The notes beneath the pieces were generated by a model that searched no databases, was not told the DNA's origin, and worked only from the letters and a program-made list of their open reading frames with translations. A program made the translations under genes and the position numbers. A stretch of 63,670 nucleotides of DNA, filler included, from Gonapodya sp. JEL0774 (lineage: Eukaryota): assembly GCA_027604505.1 (NCBI GenBank). It is 25 parts of 25 records of this genome, joined end to end, with 100 filler letters (N's around TTAATTAATTAA, not from the genome) between each part and the next. Parts side by side here need not be neighbours in the genome. Positions count along the whole stretch, not along the records: positions 35,823 to 38,271 come from JADIIX010001920.1; positions 38,372 to 40,819 come from JADIIX010001921.1; positions 40,920 to 43,365 come from JADIIX010001922.1; positions 43,466 to 45,910 come from JADIIX010001923.1; positions 46,011 to 48,450 come from JADIIX010001924.1; 20 more parts are not named here. One strand, given 5' to 3'. Below, in pieces: positions 35,823-48,550 of the stretch; position 1 is the first letter of the stretch, and each line of letters begins with the position of its first letter.

Positions 35823-38271
35823 GCTATTACCAACAGCTTCTCATTGGGCTTGGCATGGCCCTCGATATCGTTCTCTATGTTATTGTTCGCCAACTCGTTG
35901 TGGCATACGAGCGGATCTACGTATGGACGGGAAAGCCTGCCATGTTGCGACGGAGACTTCGAGCGAGCAAATCGTATCAGCAATGGAAGCGAAATGCGCA
36001 AATATTAGACCAACATCTTGGGAATAGCAAGTGGAAACAAAATAAACTAGCCTTAGGTGTGGGAGAATTGTGAGTTTGACGCAGATTTTTGCAACAGGAT
36101 TATGTCAGCGCACCACTCTGAACAATACATCCAAAATGTCTAACAGCGATTGCGACCTCATCGAACGCACCACAATACTTTTGCGTCGACTGCGTATACA
36201 CCATACAAAGCACTCAGATCCAGAATCGGCTTCCAGACTCATGGATGTGGTTCTTCACACAGGGGTCAAGGCAAACGCGGGGGGTATCGAGAACCCACTT
36301 CTTTACAGTCACACATACTGGGGAACAAAAGATGTAGTAGAAGAGTATTTGAGAGAAGGTGGGTCCTCTTCCAGTATTATGTTTATTTACACAGAAAGTG
36401 TCTGACCAGAAATGTCGATGAAAGTCGTCCTTTCGCTGCAACATATTTCGGAGAGTCACGATATTCCCACACTCGACAGGCGAGCATTTTTTCGAAAGGC
36501 AGCACAGGAGTACGGAAGGTCAGCGTTATGCTTATCAGGTGAAGCGGAGTGTGGAATCTGTGTTCGGTGTGATGGGCCTGACTTCGTTACCATACGTATG
36601 GGGAGCAGGTGGAGCCGGCTTCGGGTATTACCATCTCGGTGTTATTAAAGCACTCCTTGATGTTGATATGGATGAAGCGTTCTCTGATTGCACAATCCCG
36701 CTGACACCGACGGGCGCTGCAGCGCCATCCATCGTTCACGCCCGCTCTCCTACCACTGAGCCTGACACTGCGTCGGATTCGGAAACCTATCGCCCCTCAG
36801 CGCAGACCTCTCTCCACTTTCCCCAGTCCCCGGGATTCAACACTGTTTCCCTGCTCCCTTCAGTGTTCACAGGAACTTCGGCAGGTTCACTTATTGCAGC
36901 TATGGTCTGTGTTAGAACCGATGAGGAGCTGCGAAAAGAGATTTTGGTACCAGACTTGTGGAAAAAGTTGACAGCGTGCCAAGAGGGATGGATGGTTCGT
37001 GCGCACCCATCTGACACGCTCATGTTCTCACCATGGGGAGATATTGCTGACAATTCATCAATTTTAGACTCGTATGACTCGTATTATGAAGGAGGGATCG
37101 ATGTTTGACAATGAACAGTGGATTGAAAAGTGAGTGCCTCATGAGATGTCTTCAAGCCGGCGACGACCTCAAACGCATCTTTTGGTTTCACGAGGACGCG
37201 AGAGGTCATATTTGGAGATATAACCTTTCTCGAGGCATATCGGAAGACAGGTCGCATACTGAACATATCGGTTATTCCAGAGGAGCCCAGCTCACCTCCC
37301 AAAGTGTTGAACTACGTGAGAAATCTCCACAAGTATTTGTGATTTAGATTCTTTCCTCAAATTTATCTTTTTTTCGCCATCGCAAGCTTACCTCCCCCGA
37401 TGTTGTCATCTGGAGTGCGGTACTCGCCTCGTCAGCTGTTCCCTTTGTTCTGAGACCAGTCGAGCTGATACGCAAAGCTGCAAATGGAGAACTTATGCCC
37501 TTCCGCGGCAGTGGACGAAGATGGCGTGATGGTTCCTTGCGAGTCGATATTCCGGAGCAACTGTTGCATCGTCTCTTCAATGTCAACTACACGGTGGTGA
37601 GCCAGGTCAGAGGAACTCTTCAGTCACACGCTCTCAAAGTCAAAGCACTTACCCACACACTCTTGAAGGTAAATCCACATGTAGCTCTCTGGTTTTACAA
37701 CCGACGGGGATCCCCGGGGAGACCAACCTCTCACAGGCAAGGGAAAGGCTGGTAAGCTGGATCAACGAAAAATCTCTGCTTCCATAGCCTCTATTAACAT
37801 TTCCGGTATGCAGGCGTGGAGGCTTCCTTTTGTCAGTGCTTGAACAATGGTTTAAACTCGACATAATGAAGTACTTGCAGCTTGTCCGAGAAATGGCACT
37901 CCTTCCACGGAGTGAGTTTGCAATCTATGCTGCACCTGTGACAGAGTTCAAGTAACGTTCTTCGTTGTATTCTTTGGCAGTCGTTGGGCATGATCCATCT
38001 TTTATTTTCCTTCAAAATTTCGAGGGATCCGTCACTATCGTTCCAAAGGTCACAGCTGAAGATTGTAAGTAACATTAGATGGCAATATTGAAGCAGGTTG
38101 CTGTGGGATTCACAGTTTCTGTTCGTCTTTCTCAATCACAGATTGGTACATCTTAAGTGATCCGGACGAACGGCGTTTGAACAAGTACATGGAAGGAGGT
38201 GAAAGCCAAACCTGGCCGAAGCTCCATCTGATTGCGAATCGGATGGGTGTCGAAATTGCGATTGCTGAGGG
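35823..38271 (+). CDS. Patatin-like triacylglycerol lipase (TGL3/4/5 family), internal part
   Basis: YGRSALCLSG-GAGFGYYHLGV, GTSAGS nucleophile, TGRILNISV, VIWSAVLASSAVP, WRDGSL. Confidence 0.92.
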
Positions 38272-38371
38272 NNNNNNNNNNNNNNNNNNNNNNNNNNNNN
38301 NNNNNNNNNNNNNNNTTAATTAATTAANNNNNNNNNNNNNNNNNNNNNNNNNNNNNNNNNNNNNNNNNNNN

Positions 38372-40348
38372 ACAACGTCACACTAGTTATCCAATCGACA
38401 ACACTTACTACATCAGTAATTTCCCAGCTGGTATACACATTCCGGGGTAGAGGTAACAGCAAAGAGAAGCGAAGCGAAATTTGCGGAAATTTGCATAGTA
38501 TGAGTGTAAAGGAAATGGATAGGAATGGAGTGTTTGTTGCAACCTTTTAATGTACAAACCCTGTTGCTGAGAACGCCTGACTCACCAACCACCCAAATCG
38601 AGGTTAAGGAGGCGTGGCGCTTGGGCGATGCTTTGAAGTCCCTTATTCGCTACAGTGAGTAGGGTGAGTCGATGAAAGACAAAACAGCCGAATGAGCTCT
38701 GGATTGTGCGCGATTGCAAAAAGGAACTGACCGAGTACATAACACTCACTGATATAGAAGCAACCTCGCAAACATAGGTTTTCTGATATCGCGCCAAAGT
38801 TCCGCATGAAATTTGAAAGCGTTTGATCGTCCACCTTCTTGGGATATGCACTGAAATCGGCAGTCCGAAGAGGGCTCTTTTGGTCATCCCGCAGCAAGTC
38901 GTCAATTCGTTTGCTGAGACGACGAACACGGACGACGCTTGCGGTGTCTAAATATTGAAACACGATCGCACATAGTTCGGGAGTCAGAGAACCCAATATT
39001 GGTGAGGGTTCTGATTCGTGGAGGAGGCTAGAGTGTCCGTCGTGTCCAAGTAGTCGAGGCTCTGTCAGTCCGGTACGTTGTACAGCGAGATCCGCAAGTT
39101 GCTGGAGCTTGTCGTCCGACCAAACAGCGACACTGGCACGCCGCTTTCCGCTGAACATTTGTATCAAACCCCCAACTCGACCTTTCGAGCTGACGTGCAA
39201 TGCCGGCTGATCTCGCCGAATGCCTCCGGTGCTACCTTCCGAGTACGTGTTGCCAAAAGAAGAGACAGATTTGTTGTCTCCCGCCGTGGAAACGGATGAA
39301 ACGCTTTCCGCGTCGTCCAGACTTTCGCTCGTGGCGGATTCAACGAGTTGTGTCAACTCGACAAACACTTGGGGAACCTCCTCCGGAGATTGAACAATGG
39401 AAGTGTCTTCCACGATGGTGGCATCCGGCGACTGCTTTTCCTTAGGAGCGGAGGCACACAGGAACGGTGTGGTGTGCGAGAGGTCAGCAAATGCAAGCAA
39501 TTTTAGCTAATGGCTTCCTCCTCACTCACACTGAACTCCGAGGACATTTGTTCCAGTAGATCCACACGGATTGCGTTTCCACGTGCACGCTGCTCCTTTT
39601 TGCTCTTCAGTGACAAATACCTCGACTGACGAATAAACGTGGTTGAAGTATGGAATCAGAGTTTCGAACAGCAGCGGGCAGGTACCGGCTCGTCCTACTA
39701 TGCGGAAAACACTCACTTCGGCCTCTGTTTTAATGGTGACTGCAACGTCGGGGTAACTGATTAGGAGCTGTTGAAATTCGTCCGCCCGAACAACTGCGAG
39801 AAGGCAACGTGTCTGAGCGACAATGGAAGCTGTTCTGGGCACTTGAAAGACTATTCCAATCTCTCCAAAGAAGCAACCACTCCCCAGCTCTGTTCATTTT
39901 GTCCGGAGTAGACTTGTGAGCACATTTGTGATTGGCAGCGACGGGAGATGCACTCACCGGCGAACACGATTTCGTCATCACTAGATTGGACCTCCACAAC
40001 GCCTCGAACTATGAAGAACATTGCAGCAGCTTTCTCACCCTCCTGGATGACTGTTGGTGCCCAGCGGTTGGTTGATCGTTAAGGATTATACACTGCTTGT
40101 GAGTGGTAACTGAAGAGCGCACCTATATCACCAGGCGATACATGCCTGACATGAACTTTGGCTCCCAAGTCTCGGATGAACTCTTCTCTGGCGGGGATGG
40201 TGGCGAATAGAGGGTGCGAGCGCAAGGATTCCAGGAGGTCGGCAGGTACGGAAACAGCCGCGCGGGGTAGGGACGCGAGGGATTCCGACGACTGTTTGTG
40301 ACATATTGAGGAAGTGAGTGATGCGTCGGCGGATTCGACGAGCGCCAT
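38372..40348 (-). CDS. Cyclic-nucleotide-binding + F-box + LRR protein, 5' part
   Basis: LRSHPLF...IIQEGEKAAAMFFIVRGVV...CFFGEIG...PRTASI (cNMP domain); LTPELCAIVFQYLD (F-box); LCLRGCFYIS (LRR). Confidence 0.8.
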
Positions 40349-40919
40349 GGGTGAAGCGCGTTATGACTGTTTCCGTGGTGCCTCAAGCAACACCAGTGCG
40401 GAGTGGCCCGAGCGGTGTGGCCCCGCCGCGCTAGGGTGACGATAGTATAGAGTGAAAAGTACCGTGCTTGACTACTGCTCTGTTGCGAGAGAAGTGATTT
40501 AAACCCGGCGGTCGCCATTCCCCAACATCAGCACATAGTCATTTTATGGTATGTGACCATCATGAACAACCACAAGTCGGATGAATGGTTTTAGGACTCA
40601 TCATTGATATCTAATCCGATCAAAAATGCTGACTGTTTCACTGTCATGGTGGGAGAACATGATGCACTACAAGCACGCTATTCTGATAGGGCCAAACCCG
40701 TGATACAAGATCATCTGCACGACTGAGATATTGTGTGAAAACTTGGATTCGGCTCCCCAGTTTCATTTGCCCACATCAACACCCACTTATTATATGCTCA
40801 TTTCAGCTCTGGCGGTGCTNNNNNNNNNNNNNNNNNNNNNNNNNNNNNNNNNNNNNNNNNNNNTTAATTAATTAANNNNNNNNNNNNNNNNNNNNNNNNN
40901 NNNNNNNNNNNNNNNNNNN

Positions 40920-43365
40920 AACTTGAAGCTTGTGGGCAAGAGGCTGAAGAGAACAGGGAACCTGGATGCGTGGATATTGGCTGTCAGCATATTTGTACGG
41001 CGGTATGGACTTCACAGGTACTTACGTGGTAATTTACCGCAACCCCCCACAGGAGATGACAAGATTGCTCAGTGGGTGCAGAGGGACTTGACGGTTCAGC
41101 TCATACTTGTCTCAGCGGTTGAAAAGGAGCTGTTAACGGACATTCATGAATCTCTACCCTCCAATCTTGAGGAATCAACCGTGGAATAACTTATTCTGCA
41201 ATCTTCAAGACGTTCCGTCCAAACATTGCTACCAATGCCATCGCACTTCACTGTCACCTCCCCAACTGTTGTCTCCAAGCAGATGAGAAGATCATGAGCT
41301 TGTGGGCAGACGTTATTAGCATGACGCAACAGTTGTGTACGATGGAGGGAAGGGCGTGCGATGTGGGGGAGGTGGATGGGGAGTGCATTGGGTCAGGATT
41401 ACGATGCACGGTTGGGTACAGCAGCAGCAATGCATTGGCAGAAGTGACTCACCATGGAGGACTTTTGAATGCTACTGATTGAGCGAGAACAGGAGTTAGA
41501 GAGTGGACATGCCTTCTCTGTGACCCATAACTCACCTCGGTCTGGCGCCTTGTCTCGTTCCACTCCCAAAGCTTCCCCCAGTACATGCTTTGCATGTAAC
41601 AAGCATGGTCACAAGGCGGCTTGCTGTCTGTGAGGGAGCTCTCAGCGCAGTGGCGATGGGGAGCAGAAGGGTGGTGGTAGTGGGAACGGAGATGGCAGGG
41701 ACCACGGAAACGGTGGAGGCTGGGGCAAATCAGGGAAGGGAAAGGACAAAGAGGTGACATTTGTGAACACAATAGATCACTATGTCTTTCACCTTCTGGG
41801 ACTGGATCCCGGAACGATGGGAACCCACCAGCATCAGTCGCGTGCCAAGCCCCTGTGGGACTCTGGGGTGACTCGGATCATATCTTGGGATGCTTGAGAC
41901 TTTTTGGACATTTGGCCTGTTGAGGGCAATCAAGTGATGGTACCTGGTGGGAAGCCATTGCAGGTGACGGGGGTTGGGACTCTCTGTGTCACAGTGGTAG
42001 ATGAGTCGGGGGAGCAGAGTTCGACCATTGAACTCACCAATTCTCTTCTTGTCCCTGATCTCAACGCCAAGGTTGTTGCTCACGCGGTATTAGCCAAGAA
42101 GGGGTGCGAGATTCACAGGAGGGGACACGACTTGGAGATCTGGAGGGGAAATGCAAAGGTGTGTGGTATTGAGACACTGACAAACTCTGGTCTCTATCGG
42201 ATCCGCGGTTTTCTGACTCACCTTGAGAAAGTCTTGGGGGCTTCCCCTCACATTGCTGGGCGGTGGAGGAGGATGAGGATTCTGTGGACGATGGCGATTG
42301 GGAGGAGTCAAAGCCAGCCAGTCACTCACATGGACTTAGCACCAAGCAAGGTAGACAATTGATGGAGCATTTGGCGAGATTGATGTTGTTGGAGAGTCTC
42401 GGGGTTGATGTCAATGGCAGAAGGATGCAGTCAGGTTCAGAGAAGTTGTGCTTGGGAGCAGAGTTCAGTTCCGGCACCTTGGACTCTCCTCACGCTGAAA
42501 GCACTCACCTTCAGTTATTGAATTGACTAGTCCAATTCAGCAAAGGCTCATGTCCTGATTCTTGGCCGGTGGACGACTTGGTCTCCAGCCAAAACACCAT
42601 GTCATTATTGAACTTTGGGGAGGAGGTCTTGGATCTGTGGAGGGGCGTTCCAACTGGTGTGTACAGCGCAGGGGATGTTCCAGTCTGGGGGAGCGTCTCG
42701 ATGGTGGACTCAGGTGAAGACATTGGTGACCAGGCAGAAGCCACCCTGCCACCTCTGCTCAAGGAGGACAGCAACTTGGATATCGAGGACAATATGTTGA
42801 AGCGTCTGGAATTTGTGTTTGGTGCACCCATCGCAACGTGGTGAACAGAAGGAAAGTCAGAGTTCAGTGGTGTTGGGCCTCTGGACTGCAGTGTTCAGGG
42901 GCCCTGCTGGAAACTCACTTTGTTTTGGGTAGATTGAAAGGACACTCTAGCAAATTTTGGAAGCCAAAGACAATGTGGAAGAAGGCAGCAACTGGATCTG
43001 GAAGTTGAAAGTTTGGAGTTGTGAATGATCACAGGGGTGGATCAGGCAAGTCTGCATCAGGAGTTGATCACGTTGAAGGTACGGGAGACGGTTAGGGAGC
43101 ACACTCATGGATGTTCTAGCAAACAGACAGCTGCAAGCTGCTGGGGGAGTGTTTGATTATTGCAGCTTGGGCGACTTGCTCGGTTTGTTTGTGCACACAC
43201 AGTGGTACAGTGTTTGGACCCCAAGGGTTCCCAGGGTGTATTTTCTCATTACGTACATTGGGACATTACGGAATAGACTGAGGGAGCCAGTATATAAGGG
43301 TAGAAAAGCTCTATTGTAGTTTTGCAGCGTACATTGTACAAGCTAAGCTACTACAGCACCTCTGC
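40920..43365 (+). mobile_element. Degenerate Ty1/copia-type LTR element: gag, zinc knuckle, protease, PPT and 3' LTR
   Basis: gag-like ORF 40923-41189; CFACNKHGHKAACC (CX2CX4HX4C) at about 41585-41625; LWDSGVT and G-x-G...LLVPDL copia protease region; PPT GGGGGAG followed by TG at 43150; TATATAAG at about 43291. Confidence 0.75.
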
Positions 43366-44204
43366 NNNNNNNNNNNNNNNNNNNNNNNNNNNNNNNNNNN
43401 NNNNNNNNNTTAATTAATTAANNNNNNNNNNNNNNNNNNNNNNNNNNNNNNNNNNNNNNNNNNNNCCCCTGATCGACGAACAAACAGGAACACATTTCCC
43501 TCGCACTCTGCAGCTGCACGTTTATCTGGTTCCGACATATCGGTTTTGAGCCAGCTGTACTCGCTGACAGCAGCGCGAACTGCCTGCCCTGCCACTCGAA
43601 GGAGGTCTAAGGTGATGGTTTCCTTAAGCCGCTCCAGAGCAAGAACCTCATCCGGTGTTTTTGCCATGACTCTGATCTGCACCGGTTTCTCTGTGGATTT
43701 CGCGGCAGTTGGATCTGCCGGTGTACAGGTCAAGCACACGTCTAAAGTGCCCTGGGGGTTCCGCTTCGTCCACTGAAGCTCCTGACCGGGAGTTATAGCG
43801 GACGTGTACGCAGGTCTATTAGACCCCGCAAACGCCAATAACACGTACGATGACTGATCTCCAGACGGCCGGCGGAATTCGAGGATCAGACGTGTAATTG
43901 GAACCCAAGAGCGAGACTTTGGATTGGTAACCTTCTGGACATAAGACTTCAGCGGTGGTAGGGATAGGAGAATATCATCAGGAGCCAGCTGAAGAACAAG
44001 AAAGATTTAGACATCATTTAGCCCTGGCACATTCGGTGGTTGATGTTTTAGCACTACGGATTAAGTACTCACATCCGTCATGTTCTTGGTCTCAGAAGTT
44101 TTTTGAACTGAAGGTTCCCGCACGCGAGGCTCCAGTCCTTGATCTGAAAAGCCAAACTGAAGTCGTTAGAGCTTGTGAAGTAATGCTCAATTGAAGGTAC
44201 GCAA

Positions 44205-45910
44205 TCATCGCTCACCACCTCTGACGACAGCGCCGGCTTTCTTCATAGCCTCCATCAACCCTCTCCTCTCGTCCGGATCAGCTAACCCCAATCTATGAGC
44301 GGCGTGGCCGAAACCTCGTACGAACAAATCAAACGCCGCGGTACCGGGTACATCTACGAAACACGATACCTCAACATTGGAAGGATGGAGGGGAGGATAC
44401 AAGAGCGAAGGTGTGTCCACACTCCCTACACTGGTTCCCAAAGGTGCGTGCATGTCAGTCCGAGCAATGAGCACGCAGTCTGAAAACACGCCGATCATAA
44501 TCTGTCCGGTGATGCTGTACGTGGTTTTGGAACGTAGAGATCCCGATGATCCTTGCGTTAGAGTCGAATTTCGACTAGACGTCATAACTGAAGTTGCTTG
44601 GACTGAGAGAATACTGCATAATTGGAAAAGAATGGGAGAAGACGGAAGACCGAGACCAGTATGTGGTGTAATCGGTTGCGTGAAAGTAAGGAGAATTGTC
44701 TGAAACGCACCACAGGCCTCAAAGTAATCAGGGCATGTGCAGGTAAACTTATCAGTCAGGAACGCTCACGTGCTTATGGTTCTCCTCTGCGGTATCCTTA
44801 GCCACCGTATCTCCCATTTCCACCTCGCTCACCCAGTCTTCCACACGTATCAATACTTCCCATCCCGTCCTTACTTTTCCGTCCCAGTCAGCAACGGTCT
44901 CCTCGTACTCTCTGAGAGCATCCACGTACGTCCCGTACCAAGACATAGTCAATTTGCGAAGTTCCGCCACATCCGCCTCGAAACCTGATGGAACTAGATA
45001 TGTAATCTGTGGTGGGGGTGGAATCGTACCCGGAAGAACCCGCGCGATAAGGTTTCGTGGCGAAGGAGGACGAAAGAAATTGTGCATAGGGCTCGGTGAG
45101 CGCTTCTTGGATTGGGTGGGGGACTGCGGTCGAGAATGGAGAGAGTTCATGGAGTCGCGGCGAGAATCGATCTCATGGACAGTCGTCAAAGGGACAGCTT
45201 TGAATGCGATTTTCGTGATCCACTACGCCCAGACAAAACCTATTGAATTGTGCGATATGAAACTTCCGAAGAAACGACACTCACGTGCAGAGAATGGCGA
45301 TAGTAGCGTGCTCGGCGCAACGGTGTCAGCAAGTGATGGAGCTGAGGAAATAATTCGTAGTGGATGTTGCAAAACTACAAGCACAGGCAGAATCCACTTG
45401 GTTTACCACTTACCTTCCGAGGCTCGGCTCCCTCGGATGGGCTGGCAAGCTGATCGTGACATGTTTTTACGACATCGAAAAGAAGAGGTAGATCCATCCG
45501 AGCGCTCTGAATGGGCAATGACACCATCAATTGTTTACGGTGGTAAATGAGTTGGGATGAAAGGCGAGAACAGTGACAAGAATGTCCAGGCAAAATTGAA
45601 AACGAGGATCAGAAACTGACCTGATTGTCACCGGCATTAATGAAACCATGCACGGAGGCTATGATAAAACGCTGGATAGAAGCAGCGATGATAGGTCAAG
45701 CGCAAGGAATCGGATTCCATGACCAAAACCCCAAGAAAACAGGTATGCCTACCATCTTCCGGAGAATGTCTCCATGGATCTGAATCATGCAAAGATGATG
45801 AGGCGTTTCGCGCAAATTGATTGTAATCGAGACAAGATCGAGATAAGCACTCACATCCATGCCTTCAGTTTCCTCGAAGGGCAGTTCCTTGTCCGAGCAA
45901 GCGCATAGGT
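44205..45910 (-). CDS. Unknown multi-exon protein, C-terminal part (weak DH/PH-like appearance)
   Basis: ORFs 45375-45593, 44752-45189 and 44205-44585 flanked by splice signals; no firm motif. Confidence 0.3.
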
Positions 45911-46010
45911 NNNNNNNNNNNNNNNNNNNNNNNNNNNNNNNNNNNNNNNNNNNNTTAATTAATTAANNNNNNNNNNNNNNNNNNNNNNNNNNNNNNNNNN
46001 NNNNNNNNNN

Positions 46011-47049
46011 TCGCCCAATGAAGTAATCAAAGTGCTTACTGAGCGAAGAACCGAGCTGCCGCTTCAGATCGATTCGGTTGATGTGTCGTCACCATGTGAT
46101 CGCATAAGTTCTGCATGCTCCGTGAACAGCGACATGCTGACCCTAGAGCAGCAGATCAATTCCAAACCGTCTACGAAGACATCAAAATCATTGCGCAGTC
46201 CTGGTTATGGAGCAGATCAACCGACGGCGACTTCCTTCAAGACAAACGCTCCTGCTTCAACACTGGACTCAATGAAACCGCCTGCGAGAGCCCCCGTCGT
46301 TCCCTTTACCCGAAGATTGACTACCGATGTCCTCGTACCGCATAGCTCTGATCGAGGTGAGTAACCTAAACACTGGTACCACAGTCTACGTTTCATTTAC
46401 CTCCTCCGCTTGACTGTCAAGATATTTCGACGGAATATACGATGCTAGAAGTACTTCCTCCAAGCCAATCACCTCTGCCCACGCCAGTAGCCCCTCTTCT
46501 TTGCCCGATCAACTCCGCATGCCTTGTTACTGGCGATGCTTCTGGCACCATGACCACTCTTGTGGCGATCGTGGATTCAACATCTGTGAGTTTCAGAGGC
46601 TGTGACGTGAGGTTATCACCTTATCAATTAGTGAAAATTCAACCAAACAGAGCCCGCATCCTCCAACAACAAACCGTGAATCCGTGAATCTCACCGAGAA
46701 ATTCACACCCCGGACAGCCGATGTGGAAGCTGGCACTCAGATATTTCAGGCACCATTTGCACAAACTAAAGCTACTAATGTCAAATTCTCGAAGAGCAAC
46801 CCCCGTCTATTATTGCGTAGTGTAGCCAGGGTGGTACGGAACATTTTCTCGGGTCGTCGGAAATCGAAATCTGGGACGGCAACCGCGACAACGGAAAGTC
46901 CAAGCATATTGCCACGACAAGCCTCAAGTACAATATCCGTAACAAGTTCTTCACGGATGGAAAACTCTGGCCCGTTCTCAACCGCTGTGAGGAAATTGCT
47001 GGGTTGGGAGAGACGGAAGTCATCGCATGAGGGACGATGCGTCCATTGA
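46011..47049 (+). CDS. Unknown Ser/Thr-rich protein, 3' part
   Basis: Successive ORFs linked by GTGAGT introns; stop at 47049. Confidence 0.35.
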
Positions 47050-47174
47050 ATAGACTACTAGTTCGCAGTTCTGGAGATGTGAAGATGGATAACTATTTTT
47101 CAAGTATTCCTTGTTACATACATCGGTGCCAGAGACTGGACCAAGGGAAGCATCGAACTCCCTTCCCCACAACG

Positions 47175-48357
47175 ATGGACGCCTTCCTCACCGCGTACGA
47201 AACCATCCGCCGCGCCAACGGCGGTCCGGCGAAAAACGTCCCCGTCGTGTACGAGAGCGATGCCCAGGTGGTGTACGTTCCGATCGGGCAGACGTACAAA
47301 GGGTACACACAGTTGGAGCAGCTGCACGATGTCTTGAGACGTGAGTGGGACAAAAGCAGGCGTGTACGTGTGGCGAACGGGATGAAGACATGCGCCTGGT
47401 TAGAGTCGTGGACGATTTGGCGGTCTGATGGGGGCTGTTGGGAGAAGGGAGCGAGGAGAAGACCACACTTTTCTCAATGATTTGAGCCTTTCGACCCTCC
47501 TGGGCTTTTCCCTACCCCTGAGTGACTACTTTTTGCTCTCTGCTGTACCGTCTTGTTCCGTTCCCATTCGCCCAGGTCGCTACTTCAAAATCGAGCACCA
47601 GGAATCCCTCTCCCGGACCGTGGACCTTACCACCTCGACCGTCGTCGAGGAAATCTCGATGAAGATATCACATGAGGACATGATCGAGTGGTTGGTGCCG
47701 GGAGTGAAGGCTTCGGGGAGGAGCGTGGTGGTAAACATGGTGAGTGATGGGGGGACCATGTTTCAACTTCCCTCGCCCTGATGCACTCAACAGGCAATGA
47801 ACTCAGAGCCACGGTATTACGTTTATCTCTTAGGTCACATTCACGACACTCAACCCTCGAACTCTCAAATGCGTCTCCAAGCGTGTGGTGAGTCACTGGC
47901 ATCAAGCCCGGTTGCCACTCTGTACTGACCAAACTTTTGTTCTCGCTAATGAACTACATGCTAGTACTGGGACCAAGCTGCTGTTCTCAAACAGCTGGGG
48001 TTCCTCACCAACTTGAGAAACAACATCCCAGTTGGTGAGTCTTTTGACATCTGTCAAAGCTACGACATGTCTGACTGGTGTGGTCAAGATTCTGTCACTG
48101 GAAAGGATATGACCACCGAAATAAAGAGCTCCATTCCTGCTTCGACTGCAAGCGTGCCGGTCACCAACGGCACAAACATTGCTGTCTCCGAAGTTGGCGC
48201 GGAACCACCCCAACCTACAGCCGCTGTTTCGGCGGAAGCCCCAGCTCTCGTGTCTTCCCCATCCAAGACAACAGCGACAGTGAAGGTGGAGGAAGTGCAA
48301 TCCGATAGGCGTCGCCCTCAGGACCCAGTGACAGGTCGAGTGCCATCCACGAAGTAG
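47175..48357 (+). CDS. SnoaL-like/NTF2-fold protein (type seen in fungal dienelactone-hydrolase-associated proteins)
   Basis: VVYVPIG, LSRTVD...VVEE...HEDMIEWLVPGVKASGRSV, YWDQAAVLKQLGFL. Confidence 0.7.
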
Positions 48358-48550
48358 GTGTATACCGCTTGGCTTGCCGTTCCCCAAGTCCTCACCGATC
48401 AACTCCACACCCCGCATTTATAATAAGGGTTGTTGCCCCTCCAGGCGGTANNNNNNNNNNNNNNNNNNNNNNNNNNNNNNNNNNNNNNNNNNNNTTAATT
48501 AATTAANNNNNNNNNNNNNNNNNNNNNNNNNNNNNNNNNNNNNNNNNNNN

